NCBI GenBank assembly: GCA_964016885.1
Contig: OZ024742.1
Location: 253,146,001 to 253,210,000, forward strand
Length of the DNA stretch: 64,000 nt
DNA from: Eledone cirrhosa
Lineage: Eukaryota
Reading direction: 5' to 3'
Numbering within the stretch: position 1 is the stretch's first letter; the number at the start of each line of letters is the position of its first letter. Positions 46,780 through 59,413 of this stretch are shown piece after piece. The notes below the pieces were generated by a model. That model ran no database searches. It saw nothing but the letters and a program-made list of their open reading frames with translations, and had not been told where the DNA came from. A program made the translations under genes and the position numbers.

Positions 46780-47180
46780 ACTACTTTACAGAATGTAATA
46801 CTTCACAGAATGTACTGGATGCATTTTATTGTTACATTAGCCAACCACTTTACAGAGTATACTGGGTGCATTTCAACATGGTACCAGCACTACTACTTTA
46901 CACAGTATACTGGATGCATTTTGTCATGATTCCAGTACTAACACTTTACAGAGTGGACTTGGTATATTTTATCATGGCACCAACAGCACCACTTTACAGA
47001 GTGAGGTGGGTGTATTTTGTCATGGCACCAGCACTACCACTTTACTGGGTGGACTTGGTATATTTTATCATGGCACCAACACAACCACTTTACAGAGTGA
47101 GGTGGGTGTATTTTGTCATGGCACCAGCACTGCCACTTCACAGGGGGTGGACTGGGTATATTTTATGATGACACCAGCAA
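46780..47180. repeat. 48-bp minisatellite derived from an internal module of SINE family B
   Basis: Unit tttacagagtgaggtgggtgtattttgtcatggcaccagcactaccac, ~8 copies. Confidence 0.85.
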
Positions 47181-47699
47181 TTTGTCACACGCTTGCCCAC
47201 ACTGAAGTGTTGTCTTTACTCAATATTTTCTCCTTTTGATCACCAACCACCAATCTATCATGGCACCAATGTTCTTTCAACATTTTATAGAAGTGGGTGG
47301 AATGTAAAGATATTTTTTTTCATAATCTTTCTTGTCCATGTATGTTTTATCAGTGTTTCATTGTCAGCTACTTTGATAAATGTCTGTCTTTGTCAGCAAC
47401 TTTCACACAGTTTTACCATCATGAGTTTCGATGCTACCTACTTAGTTTTAAATCAAAATTTATCAGTAAAGGCGTTTTCACTAAAATACAATCTTCCGTT
47501 TCAATTTTTTTACTGAGTTTTATTTTCTGATGAGAAAATACAATAAATAAAATGTGGGGTGGCAGTAAAATATGCAGACTCTTAGGTGTCAGTGAATACG
47601 TCAATGTTTCTTTCTTATACAATTTCTATCTTGGAAATGGTCTGACATTAACAAATATATTTTTTGGAGTAGTAACTCTCAGGCTTCATCATTTTCATC

Positions 47700-48085
47700 A
47701 TCATCATTTCATTTTACAACCGCTTTTTCCCTGCTTGCAAGGGTGGGACGGGAACTGATTCTGGCTTGATTTCTACAGCTGGATGCCCTTCCTAACACCA
47801 ACCTCATTTACAGTGAGTGCTGGGTGCTTTTTTGCTGTGGCACCTCCACGACCACTTTACAGTGTGGGCTGGGTGCTTTTTTGCCATGGCACCTCCACGA
47901 CCACTTTGCAGTGGAATGATAGGGACCCCAGTCCCTATCATCTCATTTCTACAGCTGAGTAAACTGGAGCAATGTGAAATAAAGTGTCTTGCTCAAGGAA
48001 ACAACACATCACCTGGTCTGAGAATTGAACTCACAACCTTTCGATTGCAAGGCCAATGCTCTAACCACTATGCCATGTGCCTCCA
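47700..48085 (-). mobile_element. SINE family B, full length, internal module duplicated
   Basis: Near-identical to 11555-11874 plus one extra internal module. Confidence 0.9.
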
Positions 48086-48591
48086 CTATATCATATATCA
48101 TATTTCTTTGAGTCTTATGTCATCCCTGTTTCTGAAGCTAAACTACAAAAAGGAATAAATGACGTCCTTGTGTATACTATAACCTTAGAGTATAGATATA
48201 GTTTGATCAAGATCCAAGATCTGATTTGCTTACCAAAATAGGGTAGAACTCGTCAAATCAGACCAAGGGAACTCTGTTTCCATTGGTCTTTTCATTGCTG
48301 ATACTATCTACTGGTTACAACTATTGGAGTACAACCATGTCTATGTAAATAATTTTGTACATTTGTAGCATATTATCCATCAAAATGTTAATCTTACACA
48401 CATTTCATGACAGTATTCAGGTTCTCATGACTTTAAAGATGTAAAACTACCTGATGTTTAACATTTTGTATAGAAGCACCCAATGAATGCATTTGCAATC
48501 TTGTCATTTGGAATGAATATTTTTATGTTTAGTAAAAATTTCTGAAAACATGTACATGTACATGTGTAAAACATCTCATAAGTTTACTTCA

Positions 48592-49162
48592 TAACAACAA
48601 CAGCAATAACAGCAGTAACAGCAGCAACAACAACAGTAACAGCAACAACAACAACAACCATCAACAACAATAGACAACAGAACAACAACAGCAACAACAA
48701 CAACCACTGCCAACACCACCACCAACACCAACAACAACAACTACATTAACAAACGACAACAATCACCAAAAACCACTGCCACCACCTCCACCACCACCAA
48801 CAACAACAACATTAACAACAATAACAACAATAACACCACCAACAACAGACAAAAGAGACAGAGAAGGAGAGAGAAGGAGGGAGAGAGAAGGAGAGAGAGA
48901 AATAATGGGGAGCAAGAGATGGAGAGAGAGAGAGATAGAGGGTGAGAGAGTGGGAGAAAGAGAGAGAGATAGAGGGTGAGAGAGTGGGAGAAAGAGAGGG
49001 AGTTAGATATGGAAAGAGAGAGAGGGAGAAGGAGAGAGAGGGAAAAGGAGAGAAAGAGAGAGTGTGTGTGTGTGTGAGGGAGAGAGAGAGTCTGTGTGTG
49101 AGGGAAAGAGAGTGAGAGAGACAAAGAGAAAAGAGAGAGACAAAGAAAAAGAGAGAGGGAGA
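48592..49162. repeat. (CAA)n-type tract followed by a (GA)-rich purine tract
   Basis: Low-complexity sequence. Confidence 0.95.
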
Positions 49163-49764
49163 CTTTCATTGAAAAAAGGAGAAAAGACACTAAGCTGCCA
49201 TTTGAAACAAATTCTTGTCTTATATATCTGAATAGAACTTGTTTCAAATTATTTGCAACACTTAATGATGTTTTGGAGCAAATTATGTTGGCAACAAGTT
49301 ACCTATGTTGGCATACATTCTAACGAAAACTCCTGATAATGTATAAACATGTTTGAAAGAAAAACATTTTTCCAAAAGAATATTTCTTTGCAATAACACC
49401 CCCCCACAAAAAAACCCAACAAAACTAGTAACATCCGTTACCTAGAAAGTTGTTCTTAACGAAGAGGAAAACATTTTATCGAAATTCTGAAATGCTACCA
49501 GCATATTAAAGGTTTCTTATTCTTTCATTGGTAAAAATATGTCAATACCTCTTTAGGATGTAAATTAATTAAATGTGATGTTATCTATGGAGATGAGCTC
49601 TACTTTCCCAACCCCTAGTCTAGCTATAATCCAATTCTTTTAAGTATTAGATTTTATCTTGTGTCAATTTCCACTACTCGTGTCTGGCTAATTGTGGGTA
49701 AACATTACCTTCTTGTAGGTATTAATTAGTAACATAAACATAATTAAAATACATACATACTTAC

Positions 49765-49842
<78 letters not shown>

Positions 49843-50043
49843 CAGGGAGTGTAAACACAGAAAATATCCTAAAAAATATATAAAAAATATAGATTCCAAA
49901 AAATTCACTGCACTTACTATATGTGCCCATACCGCGGTTTCAGATCCCAAACAAATAGATAATCCAAGCAGATTAGGGAGAAAAGCCTTCTGACGAGGAT
50001 CTCTGATGAGGATCTACAACTGAAACTTCGATGTTACTAAACT

Positions 50044-50082
<39 letters not shown>

Positions 50083-50085
<3 letters not shown>

Positions 50086-53000
50086 TTCTTTATTTGCCAC
50101 AAGGGCGTACAAAAATGGGACATTGCAAGACGTCACAGCGGGGGTTTTACATAAAATCTTTAACAATGATGAATAACAATAAACTAAATATAAAATATAA
50201 CCATTGAAATCCCTATTAGGGGGGAACGTTACTGTGGGGTTGTTTTACACCAAGTGGATAGAACAACCCTCAACACCAGGAGCACGTTTTGTAGGTGTTG
50301 TCTTCCTTAACCTACAGGTTTATATACAAAGAATGCCCATTCACTCGGGCTATTTTCGCCACATTCACCCACCTTTCAGCGAATTTACTGGGGTGTAGCA
50401 CCCCTCTCTCCACTCTCACCTTTCTTCTGAAGTGGTACTTAAAGACGGGCATGAGTTGTTGTCCGGAGAGAAAGGTGTTTTCATTCAGTCCTTTTAACCT
50501 CGTCCACCATATTTCGCAATATCCACCAGACAGAGGAAAACTGCCTCTCCTTCATTCTTAAATGAAGGCGGTGGAGTGATTCTCACTATGGACTCAGCTG
50601 ACAACTGGATGCATCCCACACATGACAGTAGCTGTTCGATATAATCCACAGGTCGGTCACCCCTGGGCACTGAACAATTGCGTGCAGAATGGTTTCGATG
50701 TTCTGCTTGCATCTTGGACAGGTCCTTTTGGCAGGATCTCTGCCAGGGCGTCCGTGCCTGTAGATTTTTTTCTCGAACTGGTAGAGCTCCTCGATAGTAC
50801 TGCCAGGTCAGGGACTTTTGGAAGTTATCCATAGGCCCTGGATGGAAAGTCCTCCAGAACAGACTGGTCAGTTCGTTCTCCTCGATGCCTAGAGTTTCCC
50901 CGAGAACATCGTCGGACTTATCCCCCACTAGTCCCCTATAGAATGTCGAAGTGGAGTCTCTGCTGATTGCCGTTTCCGCTTGGTAGAGGGCTCTGAGCGC
51001 CTGAAGGCACTCTAGGTACCAGGCGCCCATTTTCGGTCTTCGCTTGACCCAGGACTGCAGCTCTGTTAGTGAGACGAATTGTGGAAGAGCAAGGTCTCAC
51101 AAACGACAGCCACACCCGTTCGCCGGTCAGGAATACCTGGAGATGGCGTAGCCTCAGCATGTGTTTGAGCATCATCAGCCATAGCATGCCCAGCCCCCCG
51201 TTAGAAGGGTGTTGACAGCAGATGGATCTACTCACCACTGGAGCCTGTTTCTTCTAGAGGAACTTGAAGAGTAGGCGTTCCATTTTGGTGAGGTGTTCGC
51301 GGGACCAGGCATGACTGTCAAGTGGTAGTAGATGACGGATGCTATGTAAGTGTTCACCACCTCCACTCGACCTTTCAAGGAGACTTTGTACTCAGTTCAC
51401 TTCAGGGTGAGTGCAAACACCTTTGCTATGACCTCGTTCCAGTTCTTGTCCACCTGGATGTCTGGACGAAACCAGACCCCGAGCAATTTCCCCAGTCCTT
51501 CTGCCCAGCGTCCAATGACACTGTCGGAAGGCATGGGTTTGCCTCTCCATGTGCCGAGTTGCAAACCGACAGACTTCTTTGGTTTTAGTCTTGCTCCTGT
51601 CAATGTTTCGTATTTCTGTAATAGGTTGCCGATTACTTCGATTTCCAAGGTTTTCAACACCATTACGGTTACGTCGTCGGCTTAGGCCGACGCTGCTTTG
51701 TGCAGTCCTGGTTCGATTGGGATGCCCTGCAACAGCTCCAACTTCTGCAGTAATTGCTCGAGAGTCAGTACATACAGAATGGAGGAGAGAGGAAATCCGT
51801 GACGGATGGAACGCATGATTTGGAATGGCTCCGATAGGTAGTAGCCATTCACCTTGACTGCCGAGCAGATGCTGGTGTGCATTGCAGTGATCCAGCCTCT
51901 GAAGACGGGACCGAATCCGGCCACCTTGAGAACCGCTTCCAAGTATTGATGCAGAGCCCCACCGAATCCAGGTTTACACCCTACCCTCTCTATGATGTAT
52001 TGCATGAGGTGGAGGTTGTCGTGTATGGACCTGGTCGGGATTGCACACGTTTGTGCTTCCCCTACCAGGTTCTTAACGACAAGCGCCAGCCTCGTTGCAA
52101 ACACCTTGGCCAAAATCTTTCACTCTGTTGAACAGAGTTATGGGCCTGAAATTGCTGATCTCATCCCCCTTGTTCTCCAGTAGACTGCTTCAAGGATGCT
52201 AGAGAACAAGTCTGGCATGCCTATGTAAAACTCATAGGGTAGACCATCTAAACTGGGTGATTTGCATTTCCCACAGTGGCCTAGGGCATCTTCTATTTCG
52301 CATGCTGTGATCGGCCTTTTGCAGTTGCTCCATGTCCACAGTGGTGCACTTGGGAAGTCTAGTCGATATCTATCAGCCAGTTGGAATTGGCTGATGAGAT
52401 TTTTGAGGTTATTACACCCCGCTCTATTATCACAAGCTCCTATATAGTCCCAAAATGCGTCTAAGATGCCATTCCAGCAACTGTGGTTGCGATGTCCCAG
52501 TCGGGGCATATATGGCCACCAGTCGGAAAGCTCCGCCTTCACTACCATCCATGTCCAGGACTACCAGGCTGCCCTCCAGATCCAAGTAAATCGTCTGTAC
52601 TTTGAGATCCATGATTTTTCGAAACAAAACAGCAACTCCCCCTCCACCTCCTGACTGACAGAGAGATGCGTAGATCTCAAAATCATTAAACATGGGGGTT
52701 AGCTGCTGTTTGTTGTGAATCATGAACTCAGTGATGGCTATCACATCTATACAGTGTGACCTGAGATCATTTAAAAGTTGACCCTGTTTCCAGGGCATCC
52801 CAGGCCACGTACATCCAAACACTCACTTGTATAGTTGCCATGTTGGTGAAGAAGAGTTAGGGAGAGAAAAGGCAGGAACACTTACCTTTTAGTTTCCTGG
52901 AGGTTGGGTTGTTTGATCTCCATGTCCAGATTGGGGGTGTTTGGGGAGGGAGGGAATCCTTTTAGCAGGACACAGTTAAGGGGTTTTTGGCAAGGGGGCC

Positions 53001-53971
53001 CACATCATGTGGGAAGTTCCCTTTTAATGTTTCGTGTTGTAGGGTCGTTACCCTCATTAGTTTAAGGTTTGGGGGTGGATCGTTGGAGGGGGAAGGTTTT
53101 TCCCTTCCATTTGGATTGTGGGGTCCTTTCGGACAGTTTCTACCAGTTCTTTGTTTGTTGTTTTTATGTATATGTAATGTGTTTTGTTTTTTATGTCTAC
53201 TGTTTCTGTTTCTAGTTTTCTTTTTGTGGTTTGGGTTTGTGATTGTGGTGGTGTGGGCGTTTGTTTTGTTGGTGAAGTGTCTGGTTGTGTTGGTGGGGAT
53301 TGTGTTGTTGGTGTGGTTGTCGTGTGAAGTATTTGACAGAGAGGGAGGAGGCAAGGGAGGGTTTCTCAGTGGGGTTTTTTGTATCTGTTGTTGTCTCTGG
53401 TCTGTGGTGATGTGGGACTGGATGTTGCAAGTTTTTTGTGTTGTGTTTGGTTTGGGGGTGTTGATGTTGGGGTTTTGGTGTTGGTAGTAGCACCTTGTTT
53501 GTCCTTGGTTTGTTTAAGAGAGGGCAAAAGTGTGTGGTTTTCCCACACTTATGACACTGAGGTCTTTTCCCCTCCACTAAAATGGAGATAACATCATCTT
53601 CGAGGATGATTTTGTCTGGGATTTTTTCTACTCTCTCTGGCTTCCTTTGTACCAGAACCTTGATGCAGGTTCCAAACCAGTTATTCCGGTCTGTCCTGTC
53701 TACAGATAGGAGGGTGTCCTCACGCTTCTTCAGGATGTAGCATAGGATCCACCATATGTTGACCGCTGCTGGGATTCTGGGTATTTTTATTTTGTAGGTT
53801 CTTCTTCCCATGTATGTGGGGAAGAAGATGTGTTGACCCGTTTTTATTGGGTGCACTGAGTGTTTTTGAGCCAGAGTTTCGCTCTTAAAGAGCACTGACA
53901 CACTTCCATACTGTTTGGCTTGTTGAAGGTTATGCCACGTCTGGCATGATGTCTTTTAATGCAGCTTCAGA
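50083..53971 (-). mobile_element. Decayed L1/Tx1-clade LINE (ORF1 and ORF2 with internal deletions)
   Basis: ORF1 53212-53901 with VEGKRPQCHKC; ORF2 APE (DVIAITE, RLVAIYAP), KSPSLDGLPYEFY, QTCAIPTRSIHDNL, GFPLSSILYVL, ADD, NGGLG, RGALPVR; 3'UTR ends aataaagaaag next to (TA)n. Confidence 0.9.
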
Positions 53972-54058
53972 GGAGTATGGCTGCAAAACAGAAACTTAAA
54001 GGAATTGACAGAAGGGCACCACCAGGAGTGGAGCCTGTGGCTTAATTTGTCTCAACAC
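53972..54058 (+). rRNA. 18S rRNA fragment (87-bp pseudogene piece)
   Basis: ggagtatggctgcaaaacagaaacttaaaggaattgacagaagggcaccaccaggagtggagcctgtggcttaatttgtctcaacac matches the conserved eukaryotic SSU segment GGAGTATGGTTGCAAAGCTGAAACTTAAAGGAATTGACGGAAGGGCACCACCAGGAGTGGAGCCTGCGGCTTAATTTGACTCAACAC with a few substitutions. Confidence 0.92.
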
Positions 54059-54060
54059 AT

Positions 54061-54091
<31 letters not shown>

Positions 54092-54379
54092 TAGATAGAT
54101 ATAGATATAAATATATGAGCAAGACATGGTCACCTGACCCAATTTGCTTCTAATGGGACAACCCGTCTAACCCATGCTAGCCTGGAAAATGGATGTTGAA
54201 CAATGATGAAGAGGATGATGATGATATGCATGATAGACTCCCCCACCATGAATGGCAGATGAGGGTCCAGCAAATACTACATGTTTATGAGCACCCTTGA
54301 ACACCATCCCTTCTGATATGCAATTTTAGATTCCCATGCAATTGATCATGGTGCTCCCTTCTACTGGCCTTAACATCCA

Positions 54380-56930
54380 CAAGCAGGCCAAAGCAAGTTG
54401 ACCTCTATCCTTGCCAATCCCCACCTTGTCCCTACAATGATTCAATATGCACATCACAACATTTCATGTTGTCCTTCAGCTTGTCCTCAAATTGGAAGAG
54501 GGGGGTGACAATTTGTTAGCTGACAAAACAACAGCTGCTTTGGCAAAAGTGATGATCCCTTTTTACTAGGTGGCCAGTCCATCTGATGTTTGTTTTGATT
54601 AAGATTGCCTCCATACTAGCGATATTGCAGTGTTTAAGAACCTCACTGTTTCTGATCTTGTCAGATCATTTGATGCCGCAGATTTCTTGTGAGCATCACA
54701 TGTGGAATGAATCTAACTATGTAATGTGAGTGTGATATGTGGTCCATGCCTCAGCATCATAGAGAAGTGTGGTGAGTACAACAGCTTTATAAACTTCAAC
54801 CTTCACCCTCAAAGATGCATCACTACAAGCCATCATAGCCTTAATACAGTTTATCAAACATAGAGATGGCTTTTGCAATTCGGTTCTCTACTTTTTTGTC
54901 CATTTTTGCATCACTAGTTATGACTGAGCCAATTTAGGTGAAAATACCAACTGTCTTAAGCTGTTTGCCATCTACAAAAACTGTTGGTAGAGCAGGTGGC
55001 TGATTGTAAGTCTTAATGCTTTACATGCATTTGAAAAAGCATTTAGAAAAGTTTGCATGTCTATTAATTTGTAAGTCCCCAGAGCACAATTATCTGCAAA
55101 CTGAAAATCATGGGCTACCTGGACAAGACTCTACGTTTTTGCTTTAAACCATTGCTGGTTGTAAAGACCTCCTGTTATTCGAAACTCAAAAGAAACTCCC
55201 CCATTAGTATTTTGAAAAGCATCAGTGAGAAAAACAACGAAAAGAAGAGGAGCCAAAATACATCTTTGTTTGATTCCATTGTTCACATCAAAAGTTTATG
55301 AGCATTCACCATCAGAGTTAACAGATACTTTCATTTCATAATGGAAGGATTTTATGATGTCAAGCATTTTCTTTGGTATACCATGTTTTTGATTTGAAGG
55401 ATGATCCACAAGGTATCACAAGACACAGTATCAAATGCCTTAGGGAGGTCAACAAAGGTGACGAAGAGTTCCTTTCCATGTTTCATAGATTTTTCCTGCA
55501 GTTGTCTCAGACTCAACACCATATCAACAGTGCCTCACCCCAATCTAAACCGACACTGATTCAGGTAGCACAGATTTTGCAACAGAAAAGTTTAGAAGTT
55601 TAGGTAGTTCAGGATAACTCAAGCAAATATCTTTCCTGCAACTGGCAAAGATATATCCTCCTATGGTTGTCACATACACATCTGTTACCCTCGTTTTTGT
55701 AAAGGTGTACAATTGAGGTTTCTTTAAACTGCTGTGGTACTGAATCTCTCTCCCATACACATGTTAAGAGTTTTGTCGCCAGAATTTGGCTCCCATACTT
55801 GTATACTTCAGCTACCAGACCATCAGCGTCTGAAGTCCTGTCATTAGGCAGTTGAGTGATGACAGTTTTAATTTTTGAAAGAGAAGATTGTGTGAGGTAT
55901 TGCAAAACAACTTGCTGCAAAACTTTATAAATAATATCCATATCAACATTTGTGTCACCCTTGGTTATGTCACCCTTGTCTATTAATAATTCCTTTTCAA
56001 GAGAAAGGACTGGATATGAACCATTTGAAATAGAGCCAAATACTTCTTTAAAGTTCTGATAAAAGGATTTTACATCAACTTTGCAGATGTTTCTTGGAGG
56101 ACTTTTGCTTTTCCTTTCCACTAGTTTTGTTTCATTTTATGAAGTTTGGTCCCAGCACAATTCTTTGCTTGTTTAAAAGATTTATGTTTGGAAATTGAGT
56201 TCTTATCAAGCATTTAGTTATGGTGACATTTATGCATGCATGTCCTTGAGAAGTGATCGTATTTGTGGATCATTTGAGTCAAACTAGTCATGGTGCTTCT
56301 GATGGACATAGCCTAATGTTTCTTTTACTGTCTTAAAGAGTCTGTCTCTCAGGCTTGTCCAAGAGGTCTCAATAACATTATTTATAATAATTTCAGGTGA
56401 CTTTGTTTCAAAAGAATCATTTAAGGATTGTGCAAGGTTTTTATTCTTCAGCCTGCTTTCATTTAATTTTTTATGTGGAGCAATTTGTTGTGTCTGAATG
56501 GGCTTTTGAATTCTCATGTTTATGTGAGAACAAATGAGTTTATGATTAGACCATACTTCTCCTATTGAAAGAGTGCAAGGAAGATTTACATCATGTCTGC
56601 TTGTCTGACATGTAATTATATAATCAATTAAACGATAGTAACCAGATCTTGGCTGTTTCCAGCTAGTCTTTAAATGATTTTAATGTTAGAAGACTGTATT
56701 TGTAATTAGAAGATAAAATTCTGTACAAAATGACAGCAAAAGAGTTAGTCTTTCTAATCCCTGTATACCTAAGACTTTCCATGCCTGGTGGTCACTTCCC
56801 ACTCTAGTATCAAAGTCCCACATGCATTCTTCTAAGCTGCACATGAAGACAGTAATAGAATTCTTCTTTAAGCTGAAATGACGAGTTTAATGTTAGGTCA
56901 TATCAACTAAAAAATGAACAATACCAGTTT
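54380..56930 (-). mobile_element. Old RTE/BovB-like LINE remnant
   Basis: DGLVAEVYKYG..VPQQFKETSIVHLYKNEG..CDNHR; FVDLPKAFDTVS; SDKIRNSEVL..IRWTGHLV; many stops. Confidence 0.8.
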
Positions 56931-57034
56931 AGTTGCCAATGACCTGGCCATGTTACAGGTTGTCCTGGGTTACATGTTTCCAAAAGTGCTCAAGAGTAAC
57001 CTGACACAACTATATATATATATATATATATATC

Positions 57035-57110
57035 AGATAGGGTGTGGTAAAAGCCAGCTAGACCATAACCCACCAGAGTACTCGATATTTTGAGGAGTAG
57101 AATGGGTAAT
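57035..57110 (-). mobile_element. Isolated pLTR tail of the U3-A8 HHR family
   Basis: Minus: attacccattctactcctcaaaatatcgagtactctggtgggttatggtctagctggcttttaccacaccc, matching 38569-38640 and 26187-26260. Confidence 0.7.
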
Positions 57111-57450
57111 GTCAATGTATGTGAACGACCAAGCATGCATGAGTTGAGAGAGAAACTGTGTATAAGAGGGATAAGTTGTTGTGTGCAGGAGAGAAGACTG
57201 CGATGGTATGGACATGTGATGCGCTTGGAGGATGATCGCTGGGTAAAGAAATTCCAAGAAATGCCAGTAGAAGAAAGACAGTAGAGGAAGACCACAAAAG
57301 ACATGGGTGGAGGTGGTGAGAGCGGACCTCAGATCTCTGAAGCTCACGGAGGAGATGACGAAGGACCGTGACAAGTGGAGAGATGTTGTGCTGAATAGGA
57401 CCCATCCCACCCTTGCAGCCAGGGAAAAGAGGATGTAAAATGATGTTGAT
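57110..57450 (+). mobile_element. 3' fragment of the PHD-RTE family
   Basis: VNVCERPSMHELREKLCIRGI..ERRLRWYGHVMR; tail cccatcccacccttgcagccagggaaaag. Confidence 0.9.
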
Positions 57451-58250
57451 AATAAATATATGTATGTAAATATATAAAATTAGAAGATGTAGGATGCTCA
57501 AGCCTAGAAAATAACTGTAACAACAATAAGACAGGGTTAAAAAATTTGGTACAGACTCTGAAGAACGGAAAAAAAGATGCTACCAGTGGCCGCTATGAAG
57601 AATCAAACTTTATATCTATCAACAACAGCAGGGATGGCTTCATCATACAGTATTTTGTATTTAAACAGAGGTTACACAAGAATAATTATTGCATGAAAAC
57701 TTTTAAAAGAATATTTTAGGATTCTTTATATGGTCCATAGTTTTCTACACTTGTCTACCATATGAAATTATTCTTCTGTTTATCTAGAGCTTCCTTGAGG
57801 GCATGGTCTCTATATGTTGATTGGTTGAATCTGCTATCTTTAAGTGTGTCTGGAGTTTCTCATGGTCATATTACAGTTAAGTTGATTAATACGTTCATTG
57901 ACAGCTATCTCTGGCTGGGTAATAATGGTCGCAATAGACTTTTGGTATGGGTTGCTCAGTTTGTTCATGGTAATAAATTGTTCCTTGCAGCTAGTAATCT
58001 AATAGATTTTTCTCATTTCTCTGATTTAGATTTTTTTGTCTATCTCTGTGGGAGAGCAAGCAACATGTCAGGGGTGTGAATGTGTATAAATGTATATGTG
58101 TGCATATATATATATTATTGTTTAATGTCCACTTTCCATGCTAGCATGGGTTAGATGGGTTGTACAATTTAACCTATTCTAGCGTTGAAAGTGGACATTA
58201 AACGATGATGATGATGACTATAGACACAACATACACACACACACACACAC

Positions 58251-58311
<61 letters not shown>

Positions 58312-58312
58312 T

Positions 58313-58343
<31 letters not shown>

Positions 58344-58635
58344 AACCCACACACTATAAAGTTGAATTAAAAAACCATTGGGGAAAATTTGAAAATGCAT
58401 ACATCCCAACTTTAATGACCATAATAATAGTCAATCACTATAAATAATAATTCAGAAAATTAAGTACAAAAAGTGGACAGTGGTACCTCCATGCATGATA
58501 AGGGGTGTAAGAAGAACAATACATATGATGTCATGGGTGTATTACAAGTATGAGGAGGTGATGGGATTCAGTTTCTTAAGGTTAGTCTTCTGTACTTCAT
58601 CCCATGTCTTCCTTGGTCTACCTCTACCATGAAAC

Positions 58636-58689
<54 letters not shown>

Positions 58690-58895
58690 CATGGTTTGGC
58701 AGTATTGGTAGAGCGTCAGACACCATGCTTTGCAGCATGGAGTTGTGGCCTTTTACGTTCTGAGTTGAAATTCACCGTGGTTAACTTTGCCTTTCCTCCT
58801 TACAGGGTTGATAAAATAAAGTACCAGTAATACACTGGGTAATTGCTGGTCTTGTGCCAAAAGTAGAAACAATTATTATTATTATTATTATTATT
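58690..58895 (+). mobile_element. SINE family A within (ATT)n
   Basis: Family A motifs. Confidence 0.85.
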
Positions 58896-58924
58896 ATTTC
58901 CATTATTATTGTTATTGTGCATCA

Positions 58925-59385
58925 TTACTGCTTTACCAAGCACACCTCTGTGCACCTTGGGTATGAGCAGTGTAGTTTTTGCTGATGTTGTTTCTATTGT
59001 ATTGATAGTACTTTTTGTAATATGTGTGCAGTGCCTAGTAGTGCTATCTTTTGTATGCTATATATATTTGTAAGTCCTGGGGTTTTAGCTATGTTAGTCT
59101 GTATGTTTTTTTATCATTACCAGAGCACATATTATTATAGGTATTGTTTCTCTTTTCATTTTCCACAATAGAGTTATTTCTATCTCTAGATCTTTATATT
59201 TGGAGAGTTTCTCTATTTCCTTGGAAGATATATTGTCATCTGTGGTGATAAATACATCTATTATAAGGCATTCTTTTTCTTTGTGGTCTTTGACTATAAT
59301 ATCTGGTTGGTTAGTCTTGATCTCTGTCTGTACGTATTGGCATATCCCAGAAAATGGTTACTTTGTCATTCTCTGACAGTTTTTC
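58925..59385 (-). pseudogene. RLE element 3' end (endonuclease)
   Basis: ENDKVTIFWDMPIRTD..PDIIVKDHKEKECLIIDV..KEIEKLSKYKDLEIEI. Confidence 0.85.
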
Positions 59386-59413
59386 TGATGTCTGTTATTA
59401 TAATTATCATTAA

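Noticed and set aside
46780-47180. CRISPR-like regular repeats
   Set aside because: Contiguous 48-bp tandem units with no unique spacers, derived from a SINE, in eukaryotic context with no cas genes.
48741-49247. 168-aa Leu/Ser-rich ORF resembling a membrane protein
   Set aside because: Translation of (GA)n/(CAA)n low-complexity DNA.
52962-53487. Overlapping 130-aa and 166-aa ORFs
   Set aside because: Alternative frames or antisense of the low-complexity C-terminal half of Tx1 ORF1.
53972-54058. Functional rRNA locus
   Set aside because: Only 87 bp, with substitutions at conserved positions and no flanking rDNA.
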